Part shown: piece after piece, positions 1 to 12,557 of the stretch | How positions within the stretch are numbered: position 1 is the stretch's first letter | Layout of the letters: each line of letters begins with the position of its first letter | Assembly: GCF_006345805.1 (NCBI RefSeq) | Contig: NC_043022.1 | Span: forward strand, 22,072,001-22,136,000 | Length of the DNA: 64,000 nt | Origin: Octopus sinensis | Taxonomy: Eukaryota | Direction of reading: 5' to 3' | Notes under the pieces: generated by a model | Told to the model about the DNA's origin: nothing | The model's database searches: none | The model's input: the letters and a program-made list of their open reading frames with translations, nothing else | Program-made: the position numbers and the translations under genes

Positions 1-146
1 CATTAGGAAGGGCATCCAGCTGTAGAAACTCTGCCAGACCAGATTGGAGCCTGGTGCAGCCATCTGGCTTGCCAGTCCTCAGTCAAATCATCCAACCCAT
101 GCTAGCATGGAAAGCGGACGTTAAACGATGATGATGATGATGATGA
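1..146 (+). mobile_element. 3' end of (GAT)n-tailed RTE-type LINE (truncated by window edge)
   Basis: Same 3' UTR and tail as the ORF-bearing copy at 46051-46737. Confidence 0.8.
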
Positions 147-724
147 ATGACATTGTAGGGTAGGCGCGAGAGGCTGAATATCATAAGTTTGAACATAAAA
201 CAAGGATAATATTGTGGCCGGATATGGCCGGTTTAAACACTCAAGGGTTAAAGAATACAGAAATGTTTTTTGTTTTTGGTGTTGTTACTGTTTAGCCCAA
301 GGTAACTTCTGATCCAGCAGACCTATGATCATTCAGCCAAAGTGTACAGAGGACTACATTATCATATCTGTCCTACTGTGATGTTGGTGTTTGGCGCCAG
401 GTCAGCCTTGATCTAAGGAGCCTATGACCAAAGATGTGCCAGCAGTGATCATCCCTTTGTTTATTCAGACATTATCTCTAGGACTACATTATTTCATGGG
501 ACTAAACAATAACAAGTGAACCAATGTTAAAGCTTCTGCATGGTAACTCAACTTGCTAGAAATAGCAACCAGATCTTTAATTCATTGACTGTCATCGTGG
601 AATAGGAAAGAATGCATTGGATAAAGCAATTCTAGACAACCACTAAATAGATTGGATGGTCAGAGCTGGAATGTCTTTGACTATATTTTTGTTAGATGAG
701 GGTCTAAACAATAACAACAAAAGT

Positions 725-739
725 GTGTGTGTGTGTGCA

Positions 740-796
<57 letters not shown>

Positions 797-800
797 AAGT
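725..800. repeat. Compound (TG)n(AG)n microsatellite
   Basis: Direct reading. Confidence 0.95.
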
Positions 801-828
801 GAAAGAGAAAGAAGAAGAGAGTACTAAC

Positions 829-923
829 CTGTCTTTCATCCATGCCATCTGTTTTGAGGCCAAGAGGCATGAGAACCTCAAAACGGTGTTTAAATTCGCT
901 GAACTGCAGGAAATCAGGGAAAC
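829..923 (-). CDS. MYO18A: Myosin-18 exon 16 (GFPDFLQFSEFKHRFEVLMPLGLKTDGMDERQ), converter
   Basis: tttcag acceptor, CAG|GTTAGT donor, 95 nt, phase 1-0. Confidence 0.93.
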
Positions 924-955
924 CTGAAACAGATGGTAGAGAAACAGTTGATTAA

Positions 956-1347
956 CCCTTTCATTACCAACCCAGCTGAAACTGGCTCTGGCTCTGTAGT
1001 ACAAATGTCTTATTTTCATAAGTTTTGAATTAAAATCTTCCACCAAACCTTAGTCACAATTTATGTTCCTAACACTAGCTTAACGATAACTAAGTTATTT
1101 TCCTAAATTCTTTATTATATTTAAAATTAATTGAAAGAAACACAGAGCATCTCAACAGAAATATAGTAACAAAATGTCTTGTTTTCATAAGTTCTGAATT
1201 AAAATCTTCCACCAAACCTTAGTCACAATTTATGTTCCTAACACTAAGCTTAATGAGAACTAAGTTATTTTACTAAATTCTTTGTTATATTTAAAATTAA
1301 TTGAAAGAAACACAGAACACCTCAATAGAAATTTGGTAACAAAAGAG
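956..1347 (+). mobile_element. piggyBac-like MITE (family A) with internal ~170-bp tandem duplication
   Basis: TTAA on both sides; CCCTTT..TTACC termini; internal block aaatgtctt..agaaat repeated. Confidence 0.7.
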
Positions 1348-1652
1348 TTAAGGAGTATCAGTGAAGGAGTATAGAAGAAGAGAAGGGAGTAGTCGGTAGA
1401 CGGAGTGCTGTTGGTGGTGTGTACATATGGTGGTGGAAGGTTGTTGACAAGGTGATGAGTGAGGTGGGGGTGGGTGGGACATAGTGTGTAAAGGGAGATG
1501 GGTAGTAATAATGTAGAAAGCAATACTGGAAAGTTTGGTAGTTTGTTTATATACATAGTTTGTTGGTTGTCAGGGTGGAGGACTGAGTTCATATCCTGTA
1601 GCGCTTGACTTAGCCTTTTGGTAGCAACATAAACTACCAGGGAAATACTGGG

Positions 1653-2143
1653 ATCATCATCATCATCGTTTAGCGTCCGCTTTCCATTCTGGCATGGGTT
1701 GGACGGTCTGGGAAGCCAGAAGGCTGCACCAGGCCCAGTCTGATCTGGCAATGTTTCTACGGCTGGATGTCCTTCCTAACCCACTACACTTCCTAAGAGT
1801 GTAGTGGGTGCTTTTACGTGCCAGATGAAGCTGGCAAACGGCCATGATCGGATGGTGCTTTTTACGTGCCACCGGCACGGAAGCCAGTCGGGGCGGTGCT
1901 GGCAACGGCCACGTTCGGATGGTTCTCTTATGTGCCACCGGCACTGGTATCACAGCTACAATTTCCATTGATGTTGATCGATATTGATTTTCACTTGCCT
2001 CAACAGGTTTTCACAAGTAGAGTTTTGTGTCCCAAGAAGGAAAGGTATGCATAAGTGAACTGAGGCCATGGGTTATGGTCTCACTTGTCCTGCCGGGTCT
2101 TCTCATGCACAGCATACTTCCAAAGGTCTTGGTCTCTAGTCAT
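1653..2143 (-). mobile_element. 5'-truncated RTE-type LINE 3' UTR, (GAT)n tail
   Basis: Matches the 46051-46737 family. Confidence 0.8.
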
Positions 2144-2403
2144 GTCAGTTTAATAAAGTAACTCTCCTCCAGAATTTAAGTCCTTCTATCTGACTGAGGT
2201 TATAAGAAAAGGAAAAGTTGGAGAGATACTTGATAAGAGAGACAAAATGAGCGAGAAATTATAATGAGCTGATTGTATACAGTGCTAAGATGCAATATGA
2301 TTAGCTGAAAAAGGTTAAAGGGGGGACAGAAAGCGCAATATGTTGAATAATAAAAAAGACAAACAATGATAACCAAAGGTGAATTCAAAGTACATAGGAT
2401 TAA

Positions 2404-2617
2404 CCCTTTCATTACTCTATTTATTTTGAGATGCTTTGTGTTTCTTTCAATTATTTTAAATATAACAAAGAATTTAGTAAAATAACTTAGTTATCATTAA
2501 CCTAGTGTTAGGAATGTAAATTGTGACTAAGGCTTGGTGGAATATTTTAATTCAAAACTTATGAAAGCAAGGCATTTTACCACAGAGCCAGAGCCAATTT
2601 TGTTAATAACAAAAGGG
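2404..2617 (-). mobile_element. piggyBac-like MITE family A
   Basis: TTAA-flanked; reverse copy of the 956-1347 unit. Confidence 0.7.
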
Positions 2618-2868
2618 TTAAATACAAGAAGATAGAGAAGAGAAAAAAAAACCCATAAAGAAGAAAGGGAGCATAAGCATGTCAGGAGCAGTGTTGGTGA
2701 ATTTCTTGAAGTATGACACTGAAGAATAGTGTCCTGACAGCTAACAACCAACACAAGTAGTTTACACAATGCGTCAACAATTTTCAGTGTCAAAAAATGT
2801 TTCCAAAAGTCATGTGTGTTTTTCTAAATATGAGAGAGTGAGACTGACAAGAGATAGAGAGACAGTAT

Positions 2869-3280
2869 TACTCTTTTACTTGTTTCAGTCATTTGACTGC
2901 AGCCATGCTGGAGCACCGCCTTTTGTCGAGCAGATCAACCCCAGGACTTATTCTTTCGAAGCCTAGCACTTGTTCTATCGGTCTCTTTTGCTGAATCGCT
3001 AAGTTACGGGGACATAAACACACCAGCATCGGTTGTCAAGCAATGCTAGGGGACAAACACAGACACACAAACATATACACACACATACATATATATATAT
3101 ATATACACATATATACGACGGGCTTCTTTCAGTTTCTGTCTACCAAATCCACTCACAAGACTTTGGTTGGCTTGAGACTATAGTAGAAGACACTTGCTGA
3201 AGGTGCCGCGCAGTGGGACTGAACCCAGAACCATGTGGTTGGTAAGCAAGCTACTTACCACACAGCCACTCCTGTGCCTA
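2869..3280 (-). mobile_element. tRNA-derived SINE (family A, central TA/CA tract)
   Basis: GGCTGTGTGGTAAG...GGTTCAGTCCC head; TGACTGAAACAAGTAAAAGAGTA tail; more than 12 copies in window. Confidence 0.85.
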
Positions 3281-3455
3281 TGACAGAAATACAAGAACTT
3301 TGGTACAAAATTTACCCCAGTCTACTCAACTGTGTTGGCAAAAATAGATACCAGGCAATTTAATTATCCCCTTTTAATTCATACCCATCCCTAACTAATA
3401 CCCTAAAATATCAAAGACTTCATGTCCACCCAGAGCACACAACATAAAAATATTT

Positions 3456-4273
3456 GGATCTTTTCCTTTTGAATGGCACTTTTCAACACAATTTCTAGTT
3501 AACTACACACTTTTAAACTTCGTATACTGGTACAATGTGTTTATAAAACATCAATTTTTCTTGGCTTTATTGAGAAAATTCTATACTTTGTAAGATATTT
3601 CGTCTGAAATTTCAAGCATTTCGGCAATTTTAACCAATCACTGGAGTCCATTTAGGTGAACAACATTCCGTGCTGTATGAATATGTCCCTCGTTTAAGAA
3701 ACAGATTGGGTTTATTTACATTTGTGAAGAAAAAAGATACCCTTCCCCAACCCCTAACCCTAACTAACTCTAACGCTAAATCTAAAATAGATTGAAATGC
3801 AATAGATCGATACTAGGGCCATAATTATGGGTGACAATTTCATACGACACCGCTACAGAAAATGGGATTTTTTTCTAGCGGTGTCAAATGAAAATGTCAC
3901 CCATAATTTTGGCCCTAGTATCGATCTATTGCATTTCAATCTATTTTAGATTTAGGGTTAGGGTTAGTTAGGGTTAGGGGTTGGGGAATGGTATCTTTTT
4001 TTCTTCACAAATGTAAATAAACCCAATCTGTTTCTTTAACGAGGGACATATTCATACAGCACGGAATGTTATTTACCTAAATGGACTCCAGTGATTGGTT
4101 AAAATGGCTGAAATGCTCGAAATTTCACACGAAATATCTTACAAAATATAGAATTTTCTCAATAAAGCCAAGGAAAAATGTTTTATAAACACATTCTACC
4201 AGTATACGAAGTTTAAAAGTGTGTAGTTAACTAGAAATTATGTTACGAAGTGCTGTTCAAAAGGAAAAGATCC
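3456..4273. mobile_element. Palindromic (foldback) derivative of Merlin-like MITE
   Basis: Two ~400-bp inverted arms; GGATCTTTTCC termini; 8-bp TSD AAATATTT at 3448-3455 and 4274-4281. Confidence 0.85.
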
Positions 4274-4493
4274 AAATATTTAAATGCATTCTTGCAACAG
4301 AAAGCTATTCATAGCTTCCAAGATACATCTTTTAAAAAAAATCATGATAATGGATTTATCCCTGATGTTTAGTGTCAAGAGATGGTATGCACCTTTCACG
4401 TCCGGTCAGTTGACTGACAGATACACATGTTTATGTTTAGTAGATTAGTCAGTTTTCTGTTTCACTAGGTAGTATTCATTCTCACTGGCACAG

Positions 4494-4740
4494 TGTGTGT
4501 ATGTGTGTGTAAACACACACGTACATATATATTCATATATGTGCATACATATTTTCATATATATATATATATACATACATATGCACGCACACACATATAT
4601 GTATACATACATATGTGTGCGTATTTTATATATATGTATATACACACATATATACATATATATATACACATACATATATATACATATATATATACATATA
4701 TATATATATATACACATATATATATACACATATATATATG

Positions 4741-4782
<42 letters not shown>

Positions 4783-5023
4783 TATATACACATATATATA
4801 TATATATATGCACATATATATATACACACATATATACATATACATATATATACACATATATATATATACACATATATATATATACACATATATGTATACA
4901 TATATATATATACACGTGTATATATATACACACATATATATATACACATATATGTATACATAAATATATATATACACGTGTATATATATACACATATATA
5001 TACATATACATATATACATATAC

Positions 5024-5080
<57 letters not shown>

Positions 5081-5097
5081 CACACGCACACACACAA
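4494..5097. repeat. ~600-bp (TA/CA)n microsatellite
   Basis: Direct reading; source of the spurious Y/I/H/T ORFs. Confidence 0.97.
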
Positions 5098-5189
5098 AAT
5101 GAGTTGAAAGCACTAAGTAAACAATTATTGAAAATTCACACTACTTCCTTAATATATGAAATCTGTACACCACTTCAAACAATCTATAC

Positions 5190-5680
5190 ATACAGAGTGC
5201 ACTGAATAAATTGTCGTCTAAATTACGCAAAAATGAAAATAACACTGACATCTCATTTTAACAGATATATTTACCAAAATTGCATGAAAATATCTTGAAA
5301 TACTAAAGAGTAAATTTATTCAATAAAATCACCATTGGCTTCAACCACAGCCTCCAGATGACTTCAGATTCTCTTGCAACTCTTCTGGACAGTTTAAGTT
5401 TAAGTTGGTGAATGCTGCCATAATCCGTGCCTTCAGTTCATTTTTGGTGTTACAAGGAGTTTTCTGGGTCTCTCGTTCAACTGTGCCTCATACATAATCA
5501 TTAAGGGCGTTGCAGTCTGGAGAATTAAATGGCCAGATGTTAGGGGTGATGTAGTTGCATAAATTGTATGGCATGGTGCAGAGTCCTGTTGCCAGACATA
5601 GGGTCTTCCAGCAGTCACCCTCTACACCCAGGGCAGCCCTACCTCCTCCAGGCACTTGATGTAGGCCTCCATATTGAAGG
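5190..5680 (-). mobile_element. Tc1/mariner (maT/DD37D-like) transposase 3' relic
   Basis: WQQDSAPCH and ITPNIWPFNSPDCNALNDYV motifs across frameshifts. Confidence 0.75.
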
Positions 5681-5926
5681 AAAGGTACGCATAAGTGGGC
5701 TGGTTGCAAACCCCTGGCATAGACCACGGGTTATGGTCTCACTTGGCTTACCGGGTCTTCTCAAGCATTTTTCATAAATAGTTGCAATCTACTGTACCTT
5801 GCACCCCGCTCTCTCTCTAGAATAAATAAAACAGACATTCCCAGTGTGTCTGGCAACAGAGGATGGTGCCATTTCATCATTCAGTTCCCTTATGCACAAT
5901 CTCCAGATATGATAATTTGGACTCAC

Positions 5927-6122
5927 CCAAGCGAAATATACGAACAGCTTCCAAAATCTCTGCCCCACGTATCTGTGAACGGACCAATGGAACATTAAGT
6001 AGATTCGACTCTGTGGTGTTGGCTGGGGCTCCTTTCAGCTCACATAACCCAGCATTGTTCTGGGGCAGGACGCAATGGACAAAATGGCACTTGGTACGAC
6101 GTAGGGTTTCTATAATGGAATC
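5927..6122 (-). CDS. MYO18A: Myosin-18 exon 15 (DSIIETLRRTKCHFVHCVLPQ...VPLVRSQIRGAEILEAVRIFRL)
   Basis: ttgcag acceptor, G|GTGAGT donor, 196 nt, phase 0-1. Confidence 0.95.
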
Positions 6123-6240
6123 CTGCAATGGAATAAAGAACCAAATATAGTAATCAGATCAAGTATGTGTGTGTGTGTGTGTGCGCGTGTGTGAACTTCT
6201 GAGATAATAAATTTTCATTTTTTATACACTGACATATTTG

Positions 6241-6650
6241 GGATCTCATCGGTTTGAACGGCAGTTTTTTCTAGCGGTGTCACAGGAATTTGTCCCCCAT
6301 AATTATGACCCTAGATTCAATCTATTGCATTTCAATCTCTTTTAGGGTTATGGTGCAGGGAAGGTTATCTTTTTTTCTTCACAAATGTAAATAAACCCAA
6401 TCTGTTTCTTAAACGAGGGACATATTCATACGGTACAGAATGTTTTCTTACCTCAATGGACGTCACTGATTGGTTGAAATTGCAGAAATTGAAGAAAAAA
6501 AACAACAAATATCTTACAAACCATAGAATTTTCTCAATAAAGCCAAGAAAAAAAGATGTTTTATAAACACATTCTACCAGTATTCGAAGTTTAAAATATT
6601 TTAGTTACCTAGAAATTAGTTAAAAACTTCCGTTCAAACCAAAAAGATCC
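6241..6650 (+). mobile_element. Merlin-like MITE
   Basis: GGATCT..GGTTTGAACGG TIRs; exact 8-bp TSD CATATTTG. Confidence 0.8.
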
Positions 6651-6966
6651 CATATTTGGATTAGTGTCCTCATCTTGATTGTTGTAGTCAAAATGTTTTA
6701 GCTACTGTACCCTCCAGTTTTCTTTAAATGCCCCTCATATTTATTAAACAATCTTAGAATTTCAAACTAAACCCTTTATCAAATTCATGAAGCATAGCTA
6801 TTTTCCTACCTACATTACCACTCGTTCTTTCTACTTTAACCAGAATATATAGAGACGTATGTAAAATTAAAAAATTAAACTAATGCCAAATAATGTAAAC
6901 CATAACCACGTAAACTACAACACTAAACACCTAAGATTTAATTATTTATCCCCACTTAAACATGAA

Positions 6967-7318
6967 CTAGCACTATGACCCAGGAACGCCGGGTCATAGT
7001 GCTAGTGCATGCATATACAGCTGCGTGCGTGCGCACATACACGCGAGTACTGTCCAAATCTTTGACCAATCAAATACAGCTAGCTGGCATTCAATTGGCG
7101 TATCAAGTTTCGGGCGTTTTGATTGGCTTTTGGATAGAAAATTCACAAAAAAGTCACTTCTATTGATTTTTTAATGGCTTTGCGGGATGACTGGGGAAAT
7201 GTAAAGATGTGCACGACCACCCTTGGATGGTTTTGAATGACCATAGAAAGTGCAAGCCTTCTAACTGAAAAATTGTGGAGTTCACGTGCAGACATTTTGC
7301 CATTTATATATATAGAGA
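6967..7318 (-). mobile_element. Non-autonomous Helitron (family H1)
   Basis: 5' TC-TATATATA start; 3' hairpin ending CTAG; A|T insertion site. Confidence 0.8.
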
Positions 7319-7504
7319 TGTTCTGTTAGGACAAACTATACTGCGGTAAATACCACGAGAGAAACTCATATTGGCCACTGCAGTATAGCTTGTTCTAGCA
7401 GGACATCCAGGTTTATAAGTGGGGATAAATATTATATCTTGGTATTAATGCTACCTCTGCCAAAGGGCAATTAATTAGATGATGGAAATTAAGACACAAA
7501 ACAT

Positions 7505-7712
7505 ATTTCTTTATTGCTCACAAGGGACAAACAAGGACAGACAAAGGGATTAAGTCGATTACAATGACCCCAGTGCGAAACTGGTACTTTATTTATCGAC
7601 CCTGAAAGGATGAAAGGCAAAGTTAACCTCAGTGGAATTTGAACTCAGAACGTAACGGCAGACGAAATACCGCTAAGCATTTCGCCCAGTACACTAACGT
7701 GTCTGCCAGCTC
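7505..7712 (-). mobile_element. tRNA-derived SINE family B (Deu/Nin-domain-like core GCCTTTCATCCTTTCGGGGTCGATAAA)
   Basis: Copies also at about 10010-10230, 24742-24955, 35885-36105, 43082-43320, 47198-47428 and 51712-51932. Confidence 0.75.
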
Positions 7713-7862
7713 GCTAGGTTTAAAACTCAATGTCAAGGAAAGGACATGTTAAATACACTCAAAAACAACAGGATGGTCATAGCTGAAAAGCCTGAGATCC
7801 TAGGTCAGCTCAATCAGGGCTAATTTGAAACTAAACAATAACAACAACAATAGTGTACTGAC

Positions 7863-8049
7863 CACTTGCAGTTTCACTTGCAGACAAATGGATTTTCGTT
7901 TCAAATTGGCTCCAGAAGAAGTCAAAGTTCGGCGCATACTTGCAGCTCGGCGCAGTGATGAAGTGGGTTTCTCAGCGCCAATAGAAGAACTACTCACAGT
8001 TGTAGAGATAGCACCCCGTATTGTTGTGAAAAGGTCACTTATGTTATTC
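7863..8049 (-). CDS. MYO18A: Myosin-18 exon 14 (RNNISDLFTT...LRRAASMRR...KRKSICLQVKLQV), loop 2
   Basis: tttcag acceptor, GTG|GTCAGT donor, 187 nt, phase 2-0. Confidence 0.93.
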
Positions 8050-8319
8050 CTGAAATGATCAGAAGATAATTGTGTTAATTCAGCAATGTTTACATAACAA
8101 TTCCAAATTGGGATAAACAAAAATGTTAATATAAAAATGAATGCACGACAATGAGAATCTTAAGAGGGATTTATGAAAATGTTATTTCAGAAATATTTAT
8201 TTGATAATGATATTTAAAGAAAAGATTGAATGAGTGTTATTAGGTGATAATGCAATTTTGATGATGATAAGGTAATGATAATAATTTTCAGATGGATAGA
8301 TAATAATGTAATTTCTGTA

Positions 8320-8552
8320 GGAGTGGTTGTGTGGTAAGTAGCTTGTTTACCAACCACATGGTTTCGGGTTCAGTCCCACTGCGTGGCACCTTGGGCAAAT
8401 GTCTTCTACTATAGCCTTGGGCCGACCAAAGCCTTGTGAGTGGATTTGGTAGACGGAAACTGAAAGAAGCCCGTCGTATATATGTATATATACATGTGTG
8501 TGTGTGTGTGTATGTGTGTCTGTGTCTGCACCCGAACATCGCTTGACAACCG
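8320..8552 (+). mobile_element. SINE family A, 3'-truncated
   Basis: Head and TA/CA tract match the family. Confidence 0.8.
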
Positions 8553-9626
8553 ATTGAATGAGGTTAACATTGCCCTGCAGATTTCCATCTGATAAGGCCT
8601 CTTATGTCTATGCCTCAAAATAAGTGTGAGAGCTCACGTAAGAATAACAAGAAAAGAAGGGGTGGAGGGTTAATGAGAGAGTTAGATTTAGTGGCATCCT
8701 TAGTCACAATGGAAGCAATGTATGATGAACAAAAGATATCCACTGCTATCCGTCCTTTGTCACATTGGTGAGATTGAGAAGACAGTGTGACAGAGAGCTG
8801 CACAATGAGACACGGAGTATGAGTGCTAGAGGTATGAGTGACAAATGCAGAGATGATGACGTCATGAATGACACTGGTGTGATTGATAGGTAAGTGATAA
8901 GAGAGATGTGTGATAAGAGAGACAAGTGATAAAGAACAAGCAATAAGAAGGGTATGTGATAAAAGATGTGTAATAAGAGGGATGTGCAAAAATAAAATAA
9001 CTACAGAGAGGAGCCTGGTGCAGCCATCTGGCTCACCAGCCCTCAGTCAAAATCGTCCAACCCATGCTAGCATGGAAAGCGGACGTTAAACGATGATGAT
9101 GAAAATTAAACAACACCCGGGCTTCTTCTGGATGAAAGAACCAACACATACTAACTACCATCATCAACCTTTCGAGATTAAATTCTATTTTATTTATACA
9201 ACATGATACAGTATTTCCTCTCTAACATAAAACAGCCGTCAGATTTAGACTAAATAAAGCAACCATAACTTATCTCCCTTAACATTTTTTTTTACATGGC
9301 TTTTTTTTTTTCCTTTTGCTTCTTCAAACCGTTTCTTCACAATTTTTATCTCATCTATCTGATTCTCATAGAGAATTACTGCTGTAGCTAGTCAGTTTTT
9401 TTTTTTTTTTCGATAAAATTGCAACAGTTTTAAATAAAGTTAGTATCAGTTCTGATAATTCATGTAACCTTTCATTAATTTCTATTTATAAAATTTAAGA
9501 AAAAAAAAAAAAATCCCAGATTTATTATCAACATATTCAATACACACATGTGGAAACACCATTAACATTTTATCATAATTCTCCTACAACTACTATTAAT
9601 AATAATACAAATTATTATTATTAATA

Positions 9627-9993
9627 TAGCCATTACCAGCGCTGCCCCAACGGGCATCCGTGCCGGTGGCACGTAAAAAGCACCATCTGATCGTGGCCGT
9701 TGCCAGCCTCGCCTGGCCCCGTGCCAGTGGCACGTAAAAACCACCATCCGATCGTGGCCGTTGCCAGCCTCGCCTGGCCGTTTGCCAGCCCTGTCTGGCA
9801 CCTGTGCCGGTGGCACGTAAAAAGCACCCACTACACTCACGGAGTGGTTGGCGTTAGGAAGGGCATCCAGTCGTAGAAACATTGCCAGATCAGACTGGGT
9901 CTGGTGCAGCCTTCTGGCTTCCCAGACCCTGGTCGAACCAGCTAACCCATGCTAGCATGGAAAGCGGACGCTAAATGATGATGATGATGATGA
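9627..9993 (+). mobile_element. RTE-type LINE 3' UTR with GGCACGTAAAA subrepeats and (GAT)n tail
   Basis: Family match; further copies at about 9010-9102, 10340-10715, 10950-11265, 19705-19890, 29997-30197, 40283-40495, 47480-47680 and 51325-51545. Confidence 0.8.
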
Positions 9994-10710
9994 TTATTAT
10001 TATTAAGGTGACAAGCTGGGAAAAATGTTAACATGCCAGACAAAATGCTGCTAAGCATTTCAATCAACAAATGCTGCTAAGCATTTCGTCTGTCTTCACA
10101 TTCTAAGTTCAAATTCTGCTGAGGTCCACTTTGTCTCTCTTCCTTTTGGGGTTGATAAAACAAGTACCAGTTGAACACTGGGGAAGTCAGTGCAAATTTG
10201 CTGGCCTTGTGTCAAAATTTGAAACCATTATTATTACTGGTGATGGTAGTGGCGGTGGTGGTGGTGGTGGTAGTAGAATAGTAGCAGCAACAACACCACC
10301 ACCATTACCACTAAAAAAAGATGTTCAGTTGCGGAATCAGTAGAAAAGCCAGACAAAATGTCAAGAAGAATGACCTCAGGATGCTGAGCCTTTCAGATGA
10401 AATGACAAAGAACCAAGATGTTTGGTGCCTTGCTATACTGAAGAAGACCTGCACCCTACAGCAGAAGTGATATGACTGCTCCCCCTGGTGAAAACGGTTG
10501 GCCTGCAAGAGCTCTGTGCTGGCGCCACATGAAAAGCACCCAGGACATTCCTACTGTGCCAGGTAAAAGCACCCAGTACACTCTGTAAAGTAGTTGGCTT
10601 TAGCAAGGTCACCCAGCCATAGAAACCATGTCAAATCAGACTGGAGCAACTTTCTAATTTGCCAGCACTGGTCAAACTATCCAAGCCATGCCATCATTAA
10701 ATGATGATGA

Positions 10711-10752
<42 letters not shown>

Positions 10753-10764
10753 TTAAAATTTACA

Positions 10765-10900
10765 GGTAAACAAAAAACGAAGACAGGTGTATAAACAACA
10801 AACAGGTGTACGAGTTTGACATTCAGGAAGGTGAGAAAGTCTTTTACATTTTGAAGCTACGTTCTTCAACAGAAAGGAACATGAGGAAATAAACAGAGAG
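10765..10900 (-). repeat. Dispersed ~130-bp repeat with hammerhead-like motif (possible Penelope-like element relic)
   Basis: Second copy at 40513-40625; see findings. Confidence 0.55.
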
Positions 10901-11925
10901 AAAAAAAAACTTGTCATATATATATATATATACACACATATATATACACTCATGGTGACCTTGTCAGTGCTGGTGTTACATAAAAAGCATCCAGTCCACA
11001 CTGTAAAGTGGTTGGCATTTGGAAGGGCATCCAGCCAAAACTAACCTTGCTTGTGCTATTGTCATGTAAAAAGCACTGAGTCCACTCTGCAGAGTGGCTG
11101 GTGTTAGGAAGGGCATCTTGCCCAAAAAATCTGTTTTGGCAAGATTTTTTGGCTGTAAAAATCTTGCCAAAACAGACATAGTAGCTTGGGGGTAGTCTTC
11201 TACTCAGCTGGCTCCTGTCAACCATCCTACCCATGCATGCATGGAGGATGGATGTTAAATGATGATATACATACATACACACAGATATATTTATAGGGGG
11301 TAGCTTTTTTTTGCACATCCAGTGCTTGACAGCTGGCATTGATTTGTTTATGCTCCTGTAGCTCAGCAGTTTGGCAGGAGGCCAATAAAATAAGTACCAG
11401 ACTTTAAAAATATGTTCTGGAGTCAATTTGTTCAGCTAAACCTTCCAAGGTGGTGCCCAACATGTCTACAGTAAAATGACTGAAAGAAGGAAAAGATAAA
11501 AGATTCTAGAGCCATTTGTAGCCAATTTATCATGACACAGTGATATCACTATGGTGATAACTCACCTCCCCATGAAACAAAGGATGTCAGCAAGTGAGGT
11601 GTAATAACATATATATAAATATTTCATTTTGTATTTGGTTTGCAAGATTCTTGATGTGAATTCGTGTGCTGAAGCGTATTTTATTGTGTCTGGGGAGGAT
11701 TTTTCTGTTTTAATGCCTTATTTCTGTTTTAATGCCTAATTAACACACTCAGTGGTTTGATTTCAACTCATTTATTCTTTCTAAAATTTTTGTTGCTTAT
11801 TGCAACCTCTTCAATAGTTGTTGATTGTCCATTATTGGAGCTGTGTTCTTTTTGTGCGCTGTATGTGCATCAGTGTGCATGTATGCATGTGTGTATGCAT
11901 ATATATATATATATGTATGTGTATG

Positions 11926-11956
<31 letters not shown>

Positions 11957-12020
11957 ACATTTGTATGTAGACATATATATATATATATATAAGCAAAAAT
12001 AAATCTCTGAACGAGGTGTG

Positions 12021-12062
<42 letters not shown>

Positions 12063-12397
12063 TAAGTAAATGGATATGTAAGTAAACAGATATATATAAT
12101 TAGATAGGTAGGTACATAGGTAATATAGACAAGCACACATACATACACAAAAAAAGACTGAAACACATGACCATATATATACACACACATGCACACACAC
12201 AAGAACACACATGGAGACACATCCATACAGATGTATGTACATAGTCATACAAACACATGAAAATACATGAATATGCAGACTACATATTAAAAAGCATGCA
12301 CATATATATGCATACATGCACACATACATACATGCTTGCATGCATACATACATGTATACACATGCACACTAAAGCAGGTCTATGAGTGAATGATTAC

Positions 12398-12557
12398 CTG
12401 TTGGAGTCTTGAAGGATGTGAATGGCAATTTTGCTGACACTGTTCTCTCGACAAGCTTTTAACCATCCAGTAGCATTGTACTGGACTGGGTTGGTACCTT
12501 GGAAGTGATTCAAAATAAATGTGTGTCCAAGGGAGCCCTTCCTCAGCAAACTGTCGC
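12398..12557 (-). CDS. MYO18A: Myosin-18 exon 13 (RDSLLRKGSLGHTFILNHFQGTNPVQYNATGWLK...LQDSN)
   Basis: gttcag acceptor, AG|GTAATC donor, 160 nt, phase 1-2. Confidence 0.94.

Noticed and set aside
4445-5205. Six overlapping 155-222 aa ORFs rich in Y/I/H/T/V/C (likewise 11757-12353, 35223-35746 and 56716-57505)
   Set aside because: Translations of stop-free dinucleotide microsatellites; no protein features.
12295-12366. Four UGCAUG (RBFOX) motifs downstream of exon 13
   Set aside because: Embedded in CA/TG simple sequence where the hexamer is common; the exon is frame-shifting if skipped and structurally core.
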